In this document: positions 30,455-37,852 of the stretch, piece by piece
How positions within the stretch are numbered: the first letter of the stretch is position 1
Layout: each line of letters starts with the position of its first letter
Source of the DNA: an uncultured Verrucomicrobiae bacterium
GTDB lineage: Bacteria; Verrucomicrobiota; Verrucomicrobiia; Limisphaerales; Palsa-1400
Direction of reading: 5' to 3'
DNA length: 64,000 nucleotides
NCBI GenBank assembly: GCA_963702845.1
Contig: OY969763.1
Coordinates: forward strand, 1,216,001-1,280,000
The notes under the pieces: model-generated
Seen by the model: the letters and a program-made list of their open reading frames with translations, nothing else
Database searches by the model: none
Told to the model about the DNA's origin: nothing
Translations under genes and position numbers: made by a program

Positions 30455-30459
30455 GGAAA

Positions 30460-30942
30460 TTATTTTTGCCCGAACTTCCTCTTTAACGCCGCCTGCACAT
30501 GCGCCGGCACGAACGAACTGACATCCCCGCCGAGATGCGCGATTTCTTTGACGATGCGCGAACTGAGAAACGTGTAAGTCTCGCGCGGCATCATGAAAAT
30601 CGTTTCCACCCGCTCGTTCAGTTTACGGTTCATCAGCGCGAGCTGAAATTCAAATTCAAAGTCCGACACTGCGCGCAGTCCGCGAATGATGGCGCACGCG
30701 CCCTGTTGATCGGCGTAATTGACCAGCAGCCCATCCAACCATTCCACCGTGACGCTAGTGTAAGGCGTGATCGCTTCCTGAACGAGCGCGAGCCGTTCTG
30801 TGGGATCGAAGAGCGGTTGTTTACTTTCATTGCGCGCGATGGCGACGATTACGCGGTCAAAAAGTTTCGTCGCCCGTCCGACCAGGTCAAGGTGCCCATT
30901 AGTGATCGGGTCAAAGCTGCCGGGATAAATGGCCGTTCTCAT
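30460..30942 (-). CDS. coaD: Phosphopantetheine adenylyltransferase
   Basis: YPGSFDPITNGHLD, RGLRAVSDFEFE and SSRIVKE. Confidence 0.97.
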   Translation of the reverse strand: MRTAIYPGSFDPITNGHLDLVGRATKLFDRVIVAIARNESKQPLFDPTERLALVQEAITPYTSVTVEWLDGLLVNYADQQGACAIIRGLRAVSDFEFEFQLALMNRKLNERVETIFMMPRETYTFLSSRIVKEIAHLGGDVSSFVPAHVQAALKRKFGQK

Positions 30943-31023
30943 CGCCAGTCAATTTAATGATCATTGCGCAAATGCCCATTAAAAAACGGCGACTACTCCA
31001 GCAATCACTCTGGCTTCAGAGAA

Positions 31024-31109
31024 TCGCGTTAGCGATTCATGAAGGTAGCCGTGGGTTTCAACCCACGGAGAAGGCCCAGACGAGAGAGCATATTGTGTCG
31101 CGTAGCGAC
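31024..31109. repeat. REP-like composite palindrome
   Basis: TCGCGTTAGCGA, then GTAG-CCGTGGGTT-TC-AACCCACGG (31045-31068), then GTCGCGTAGCGAC. Confidence 0.6.
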
Positions 31110-31152
31110 ACATCAACCCGCGTCCAACAGGCGGCCGTGTTCACGTCCGCAT

Positions 31153-32766
31153 CTAAAGCTTCCGCGCCTGAAAGTACAAATTCGTACAATTGCCATTCAC
31201 TGGCGCCGAAACTCCATAAACGTTGTTCGTCAAGTTCGCAGCGAGGCCAACGAACGTCCAATTGACAAGGTTCGATGAACTCCAGATGCCATATGGTCCA
31301 TCGGTATACGCATTGAATTGCAAAGTTATTTTGTTGGGGTCGGCAGCAAATTGCAGAATTTTGATCGGTGAAACAGTTCCGGCACCAGAGTAGGGGTCCA
31401 ATGTTGTTGAATCTTGCATGGGCTGGGATGTCGCCATACCCGCCTTTGCATCCATTTCGTCGCTAGTGAAATGGTCGCCTGGCGTGGCTGCCCACCATCT
31501 TGCAATCTGCTGAAGCGTTGCCGACGGCTGATACGGGCATTCTAAAGTATTGATGTTGGTCGCGCCGCCTTGTAGGAAAGCGGTCAAGACACTTCCCGAG
31601 CCCCCCGTAGGCACATAGCCAGGAGCCGAAATGTAATTCGTTACCACCGCTATTTGATTTAACACGCCTGCGGATGCAGGTGACGAGACAGATGAGTCCG
31701 CGTCATTTGTCAGCCATGGTGAACCCACATTTGTCGTCAGCATTGGCAGGTTTGCCAGATTTGTGACCATCTCCACCGACATTCCAAGGTTCGCAAAATT
31801 AACGAAGTCCAAAATGCGCCCAGATGAATTATCGAGGAGGGCATAAATAAACCGGTTTGTGGCTTGTACCATCCATGAATGCACCGGCAAGCCCACGTTT
31901 AATTCCCAATTAGTATTGTCGGGTGCAACAAACTGCCTGTTGCGCTCGTTATAAGCAAAAAACGGGAGTGTGTTTGTGCCGTTGCTAAGAACTTTATATT
32001 TGTTCGTTCCAAACGATTGGTATCCGGGCCATCGATTCGAAAGGATCACTAGCGTATTGCCAGTGGTAAATGAATTGGTAACGCCGATACCGACTTCGTT
32101 GGTAAAAATGATCGTGCCTGAGTTTGTGAAATACATCGTCACGTCGCGCGGAAACGTTTGGGTCGTTCTATTAAGGGCCGTGACGGCAAACGCGTTACTC
32201 AATCCCAAAATGTACATTTGGTTTGTCTTCGGTGGAGTGAGGCTATTCGGTCGCGTGAACATGAGTTTCCGGGTAATGTTAAAAATATTCGCGTAAGTGA
32301 CCTGATCGAGCGTAGGCACCGCAGGTTTGAATCCAACTATCAATCCTATGCCCCGCACGTTATCGTCTGCGGACAAAGTCGGATCGCTCGCTGCTTTGAA
32401 TGGGCGCGCGATGATCTCAGCGTAGTTCGTTGTGACCTCCACCCAATTCGTGATGAGCGCCGTGACACATAGCTCATTGCTCACGACGCCAAATTGCGGA
32501 CGAAAAACGGATGGAAAATCGAAATCACCGTCTGTGTGATTCGTTTGGTCGTAGGCATTGACCGCTTGTTGAAGAAGGTAGTGAACGCCGCCGTTATACC
32601 GGACCAAAGGATTCGTACTGCAAAAAACGGGAATCTCGTTAACGCCAAACCCCCATTTCGGCCGCAGCAGTTGATCCGCGCGGTTAGTAAAGGCATTGAG
32701 CGCGTCCTGGCCGCGTGCGCATAACGCGGCGCAAGCGACTAGAACTATGACAAAGGCGCGATTCAT
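31153..32766 (-). CDS. Secreted Asn/Thr-rich hypothetical protein with a Verrucomicrobia-type C-terminal motif
   Basis: Signal peptide MNRAFVIVLVACAALCARG; many TN dipeptides; C-terminal Y.IWSSSNLVNW...LYFQARKL. Confidence 0.7.
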   Translation of the reverse strand: MNRAFVIVLVACAALCARGQDALNAFTNRADQLLRPKWGFGVNEIPVFCSTNPLVRYNGGVHYLLQQAVNAYDQTNHTDGDFDFPSVFRPQFGVVSNELCVTALITNWVEVTTNYAEIIARPFKAASDPTLSADDNVRGIGLIVGFKPAVPTLDQVTYANIFNITRKLMFTRPNSLTPPKTNQMYILGLSNAFAVTALNRTTQTFPRDVTMYFTNSGTIIFTNEVGIGVTNSFTTGNTLVILSNRWPGYQSFGTNKYKVLSNGTNTLPFFAYNERNRQFVAPDNTNWELNVGLPVHSWMVQATNRFIYALLDNSSGRILDFVNFANLGMSVEMVTNLANLPMLTTNVGSPWLTNDADSSVSSPASAGVLNQIAVVTNYISAPGYVPTGGSGSVLTAFLQGGATNINTLECPYQPSATLQQIARWWAATPGDHFTSDEMDAKAGMATSQPMQDSTTLDPYSGAGTVSPIKILQFAADPNKITLQFNAYTDGPYGIWSSSNLVNWTFVGLAANLTNNVYGVSAPVNGNCTNLYFQARKL

Positions 32767-32946
32767 TTGGTTGTCCCTATGTGGGCGCTCGGATTTTGAT
32801 TCAACCACAGTGGAACATTGCTGGCGAGGTCGTTTTCGCCTGTCTTCCCGGACGGACACTGATCGGCTAGAAAGATATCGCCTGCTATCAAGTTGCCAGT
32901 AACAATGAAACTCGCATCGTCCTATGATTCACGCAGCCGAGGCATT

Positions 32947-34176
32947 ATGAAACGCTGGCCCGCATGGCTTCTACTCACGGTGTTGGCGCTCATGCCATCG
33001 GCGACTGCACGGGCGGCGTTGGGCAAATTGGGAGCGATGGGAGACAGTTTGACCGACGAGTATTGGGACAGCGGCGTTTCAACTTACGCAACCAACTGGG
33101 CTTCGCTGGTTGTGATGTTTCGCGGGATCGATATGGGGCCGACCGCAGCCCAGGCCGGAACAAATTCTTGGGGCACACCGCGTAACCTTGGCTATAAATA
33201 CAATTGGGCACTGACCGGCGCAACCTCTGCGAGTCTTCTGACACAGGGGCAACACACCGGTCTGGCGAGCCAGTTCAATTCCGATGGCGTTTCCAACGCG
33301 GTGCTGGCGATTGGCCCAAATGATTTCAATCCCACGTCCTCGGCCTATACCAGTATTTATTCCGGACTATGGAGCGCGGGGCAGATTCAAACTTACGTAA
33401 ACCAGAGCATCAGCAACATTGAGACGGCGCTCAGCACGGTGAGAGCGGCGGGCATCCGCGTGGTTGTCGCGACCGTCATTGATCCCGGGTCGACGCCGGC
33501 CGTCGTGTCGTTTTTTACCAGTGGCGCGAATCGCGATCGTGTTGCCGCTGCTGTCCAAAGCGTCAACGCCGGTGTGAAAAATCTCGCGCAGAAATATCAG
33601 GTGCCGCTTGTGGACTGGTATGGATTGGAGAAAGCGGTTTTTGGCCCGAACACCAACCTCCGTTCGACGCTCAAGGTGGGCGGCATCACCATTAATCTTC
33701 GGGCCAGCGATCCCGGCCCGCCGACGTTGACGCCAACGAACGCCTTTGTGTCTGACGGATTTCATCCCAACACGGTCCTTCAGGCCGTTTTTGGCAACGT
33801 GATCCTGCAAGCATTTGACAGCGGCTATAACGCAAACGTGAGCTTGTTCTCAGAACAGGAAATCCTCAACCACGCGCTCATCACTTACGGCGGATCGAAC
33901 ACGCTCCAGTCCCAGATTGGCGACTACACGAATTACATCATCCTGCCAATGCTGCCCAGGTTTACGGGAATTAACGTAGCGGGCACGAATGTTGCCATGC
34001 AGTTTTCAACGGCGTCGAACCAGCTTTACGTCGTAGAGAGCCGTGACGATCTAAACGCCAGTTTGTGGACGGTGGCCACAAATAACGTTCCTGGCACAGG
34101 AGGAATTGTCACCGTGTCCAGTCCGTTGAGCGCCATTTCCCAAGAGCGATTTTACCGGCTTCGGCAACTGCCTTAA
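32947..34176 (+). CDS. Secreted SGNH/GDSL hydrolase with a C-terminal ...FYRL motif domain
   Basis: Signal peptide, GDSLTD, IGPND and DGFHP catalytic motifs; C-terminal Y.VESRDDL...W...RFYRLRQLP. Confidence 0.85.
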   Translation: MKRWPAWLLLTVLALMPSATARAALGKLGAMGDSLTDEYWDSGVSTYATNWASLVVMFRGIDMGPTAAQAGTNSWGTPRNLGYKYNWALTGATSASLLTQGQHTGLASQFNSDGVSNAVLAIGPNDFNPTSSAYTSIYSGLWSAGQIQTYVNQSISNIETALSTVRAAGIRVVVATVIDPGSTPAVVSFFTSGANRDRVAAAVQSVNAGVKNLAQKYQVPLVDWYGLEKAVFGPNTNLRSTLKVGGITINLRASDPGPPTLTPTNAFVSDGFHPNTVLQAVFGNVILQAFDSGYNANVSLFSEQEILNHALITYGGSNTLQSQIGDYTNYIILPMLPRFTGINVAGTNVAMQFSTASNQLYVVESRDDLNASLWTVATNNVPGTGGIVTVSSPLSAISQERFYRLRQLP

Positions 34177-34301
34177 GGCCTGATTTTCACAATCATCTTG
34201 ACGCCCAAACCAACGCAGTTCTAGCCTAATCCGTTGGCGCCGATGAAAAGCGATTCCCTCCTGCCGCCCGACGCGAAAGCTCAAATTCAATTCAGAAATT
34301 A

Positions 34302-34919
34302 GTGTCCATATTTCGTCTCATCATTTTTTGGATGACCTTGGGCGCGTGCATCTGCCGCGCGGAAGAATCCGCTTACTACAAATCTTTTCTCAGCGCTGTC
34401 GCCCCCGGAGATATGAAGCGCCCAACCCTTGTTTCCTCGTCGCTGCTGGTGGATACAAATAATACCGACCTCAAAGTGTCTGGAGGCCATACCAACAGCC
34501 TGTTAAAAATGTGGGGCAGGGGCGAGGTTGCAGGAATTTCCCTGCGCATGAGTATGTCGGACGTTATCGCCCAATGGGGCAAACCGGAACGACTCTGGTC
34601 CACTTGCGGGGGCGGGCCGCGAATGGTTTATCACGACGTTTCGCTTGTGTTTCACAAGGATGTTTTGTCCGAAATCATCATTTTTCCACGGGGCAAAAAG
34701 GGATGGTTCGAAAGCGGACTGAACACTGTTTCGCGGGCGAAAGATTTTGTTGGCGTGTTGGGACGTCCACACAGCCGAAAAGGCCCAGCCCGGTCGCCAG
34801 ATGTTTTACATTACGAATCGCCGGGGCAGATGTTCATGATGTCTTTTCAGCAGCACGGCGGCCAATTGCAGTATATCCGGCTGCTTACCACCAGCGCAGG
34901 GTTGGACAACCTTTATTGA
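34302..34919 (+). CDS. Exported hypothetical protein (SmpA/BLIP-like repeat possible)
   Basis: Signal peptide; two repeats resembling MS.SDVIAQWGKP and KDFVGVLGRP. Confidence 0.55.
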   Translation: MSIFRLIIFWMTLGACICRAEESAYYKSFLSAVAPGDMKRPTLVSSSLLVDTNNTDLKVSGGHTNSLLKMWGRGEVAGISLRMSMSDVIAQWGKPERLWSTCGGGPRMVYHDVSLVFHKDVLSEIIIFPRGKKGWFESGLNTVSRAKDFVGVLGRPHSRKGPARSPDVLHYESPGQMFMMSFQQHGGQLQYIRLLTTSAGLDNLY

Positions 34920-35044
34920 TTGAGGTGCCATCGAACGTTCGCACGTACCCGGCTGACGAGAAAAAAGGAACTGACAATTGCGCAGCGCAGCAGACGTCAG
35001 TCCCAACTATTTACACTAACTGCTGGTCTGCAGCGCTTTTCTCT

Positions 35045-35508
35045 TTGCAACTACCGTTACTACATGTTATAGAGAGTCGTTAGTCGCGTCGTAGCCTTGT
35101 GCGAAGACGGATGCTCTTTGAAAATTTGAATATCGACGTCGGTTGTCCTGACTTGTCACCATTCGTGACGAATCAGGACGCCTTACGCCCAATCGTGACC
35201 AAAACGGCCCGAATCCACCGTGTCCGGGCGAGTGGTATCCCCGCGCCACTCACCCTGTGAATTCAATACGGTTTCGGAGAGCTACGAGTGGTTTCGGTTA
35301 AAAAGACCTACCCCCTAAAAAAGGGCTCATTTCGTACGTTGACCTCTGTGGATGAGTAGCATACGTGGATGGAACACACCAAAAAATGCCGTGTTTTCAC
35401 TGCATAACGCCGCATCTTTCCGCAAGATTCCGTAAGACTTCGTAAAATCCGGAGGGATGACGTGGAGGTCGCTGGTAGGGCTCGTCACGCCGCGCGGGCC
35501 GTTTTTTT
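35045..35508 (+). ncRNA. Candidate non-coding transcription unit (promoter, boxA-like site, hairpins, terminator)
   Basis: TTGCAA-17 nt-(TGn)TATAGA; TGCTCTTTGAAAA at 35112; hairpins at 35145-35179 and 35226-35255; REP hairpin plus T7 at 35475-35508. No family recognised. Confidence 0.3.
35475..35501 (+). repeat. GTAG-type REP
   Basis: GTAGGGCTCGTCACGCCGCGCGGGCCG; related to 53608-53634 and 42621-42642. Confidence 0.6.
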
Positions 35509-35683
35509 AAGTGTGTAAAAGCAGCTACAAATCGATGTTGAGGCGCTACGAGTTGCTGGTAGTAGCTAATTGTAGCAACTTGTAGCAACATTCCCGCGAT
35601 TTTTTTGGATGTCATAAGCATTGGGAGTCACCCAAATACGAAGGACTCACCGACTCAACGACTTATGGAGTTACGCTCCCTCC

Positions 35684-36418
35684 TCAAATTCCGCGGAGAA
35701 GCTTCTTCGCGCGTCGGATCCAAACGCGCTCGCGTTTGCGTTGGAACCCGGGAGCGTGGGCGTCGTCGGCTAACGTGGTTTGGAGTTCGGTGCGGGCGAG
35801 TTCGGGTTGTTGCTGGGCGATGTACAGTTGAGCGAGCTGGACGCGGGCACGAGCGTAGCTGTTGTTCTGCAGGACCTGTTTCCAGGCGCAGATTGAGGCG
35901 TCGGTTTCGCCCAAGGCTGCCAACGTTTCGGCGTAAGCCATCAAAGAATGGCCATAATCGTGGCGGGGATTTTCAGCGCAGACCTGTTGTAAAAGCAGTT
36001 GGGCCTGGTCGGGTTTCTTCTGGCGCAAAAGACACTGGCCAAGATGCGCACGAGTATCGATGTCCGAAGCGTCGCGTTCCAACGACGCGCGGTAAGAAGC
36101 TTCGGCTTTATCGAGCTTGCCTTGCTGGAAATAAATATCGCCAAGGGCGAGGTGGTGATGAGGTTTGTCGAGGTGATGAATTTGCGCCTGCAGCTCTTTA
36201 ATGCGTCGGCGGTCGTGGACGCCAGGCAATTGAAAGCCGGTCGTCGCCGAGGGCGTTGCGCGATAGACGTAGAAGAAATAACAGACGGCGCCGAACACTG
36301 GGAAAATGAAAATGAAGACGGCTCAGCCGTATTCCTCGCGGCGCACGGCGTCGATCAGCATCCAGATTTGGAAGGCTAATGGAATGGCGAGCCAGGGCTG
36401 CGCCCGGACCGTATCCAT
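35684..36418 (-). pseudogene. Membrane-anchored TPR protein interrupted by an in-frame TGA at 36323-36325
   Basis: MDTVRAQPWLAIPLAFQIWMLIDAVRREEYG*AVFIFIFPVFGAVCYFF continues in frame into the TPR repeats of ORF 35684..36298. Confidence 0.7.
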
Positions 36419-36556
36419 ATCGAATGACAAAAAAGCCAAACAGCTCACGAGTGTGGGCGATTTGGTAGCAGAAACGGCTGTGCGCGTCTGCAAAAAAACT
36501 TGGTGCTTTTTGAAGCTGCCTGGAATTTTAGGTCGGGTCTGAGCGCCGCGTCGTGA

Positions 36557-37762
36557 TCAGGATTGGTATTTTCCTGCTTTGCTTTTAGGAACAACCAGAA
36601 CGGTTTTTTGTTTTTGCTTACGAATCAACACGAGATTTTCGGTGCGCATCGTTTTGAGTTTCTGGTCCCACCATTCGGGATGGTTGGTCTGTAAGGCTGC
36701 TTCGAATGCTGAGACCCATTCCTGGCCGTTCATGACGTGGTCACAGCCGAACTTGACGCTTCCGGCAGCGACGTCTTTATCAATCAGATAGCGCCAGCCG
36801 GAAACTTCCATGCATTGGTTTAAGAGTCCGTTAACGGAACAGCCCTCAACTGGCGAAATGGGGAAGGTGTAGTTGTCCGGATGACCGTAGCTGTTGGTCA
36901 TGTATTGCATCGCGGCAGGATCGCCAGTGGAATAGGTCGTTGCCCGAAAGTCAGCGGGGTTGAAGTCGGACTGTTTGATTTTTTGGATTGTGACGGTAGC
37001 TGTGCCGGCGAGGGCGAATACGCCGACGGCAACGACCGCTGCAGTTTTGAGTTTTGTCCAGGCCATGAGTTTGAGTGCTCCTTTTACGAGGGTTGCGGTT
37101 GAACTTCCGGCGGCAGCGCCCTTTGCGGCGGCAGGGGCGATAGTCATCGCTAGACCGAGCGGCGCGGCTTTGACTGAGTTGGCCGAAATGGCGCCGACGA
37201 TTGCGACCGCGGACATCGTCGCGCCGCGTTTGACAAAGAATTTGCGAAGCTTTTCGACCGCGCGGGAGACCCGTTTTTGGGCGGCGTCGGATGAAATGCC
37301 GAGGGCGTTGCCGATTTCGTCGGCTGGCATGCCGTTGTAGAAACGCAAGACGACTGCGTTGCGGTCGGGCTCGCTGAGTTTGGCGATGGCTTCGTCGAGG
37401 ATGGGAGCGAGCCGGGCCCAGTCGTCGGCACTGGAATCGTTAGCGAGAGATTGCATGTGAGCTTCGTGTTCGCGGCGGTATCGGCGAAATTCTGTTCTCA
37501 GCGCGTTGCGGGCGACGAAGTGGGTTGTGCGGCAAAGCCAGCCTGCGAGAACGGTGTTGCGGTTTAGCGCGCGCGCTTTTTGGGCGAGGATGGTGAAGAC
37601 GGCTTGGGCGACGTCTTCGGCGGTGTGAGGGTTGCGAATCTGTCGTAAGGCGGCGGAGTAAACGAGCGGGATGTAGCGTTCGACCAATTCGGCAAAAGCC
37701 TCGTTGGAATGCTGGTTCGCATAAGCGGAGAGCAGATCCGCATCGTTTAGTTCGCTCATCAT
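36557..37762 (-). CDS. ECF sigma-70 factor with C-terminal TM segment and extracytoplasmic extension
   Basis: Region 2 AFAELVERY..LVYSAALR...AEDVAQAVF..LAGWL; region 4 LSEPDRNAVVLRFY...AAQKRVSRAVEKLR; Ala-rich linker, TM, then a soluble domain. Confidence 0.92.
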   Translation of the reverse strand: MMSELNDADLLSAYANQHSNEAFAELVERYIPLVYSAALRQIRNPHTAEDVAQAVFTILAQKARALNRNTVLAGWLCRTTHFVARNALRTEFRRYRREHEAHMQSLANDSSADDWARLAPILDEAIAKLSEPDRNAVVLRFYNGMPADEIGNALGISSDAAQKRVSRAVEKLRKFFVKRGATMSAVAIVGAISANSVKAAPLGLAMTIAPAAAKGAAAGSSTATLVKGALKLMAWTKLKTAAVVAVGVFALAGTATVTIQKIKQSDFNPADFRATTYSTGDPAAMQYMTNSYGHPDNYTFPISPVEGCSVNGLLNQCMEVSGWRYLIDKDVAAGSVKFGCDHVMNGQEWVSAFEAALQTNHPEWWDQKLKTMRTENLVLIRKQKQKTVLVVPKSKAGKYQS

Positions 37763-37769
37763 CTATAAT

Positions 37770-37794
37770 TGTCCGCACAATGAACGATCGGACA
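37770..37794 (-). promoter_or_regulatory. Candidate ECF autoregulatory promoter/palindrome
   Basis: TGTCCG-N13-CGGACA ending 7 nt upstream of the ECF start codon, with no Shine-Dalgarno sequence (possibly leaderless). Confidence 0.4.
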
Positions 37795-37852
37795 GGGTAT
37801 TTTTGGCTAATGACAGAAGCGCGATAGTGGTTGAGGTTGAAACGGGAACTCT

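Noticed and set aside
35232..35248. GTGGTATCCCCGCGCCA resembles the 5' half of a type I-E CRISPR repeat
   Set aside because: Single partial copy with no second arm, no spacer array and no cas genes.
35397..35621. 74-aa minus-strand ORF (and the 60-aa ORF 35067..35249) in the intergenic gap
   Set aside because: No recognisable motifs; they run through a REP and tandem repeats and are likely spurious.
36323..36325. UGA recoding (Trp code or selenocysteine)
   Set aside because: TGA is used as a normal stop elsewhere in the window, and the context is a TM Trp position rather than a redox Cys.
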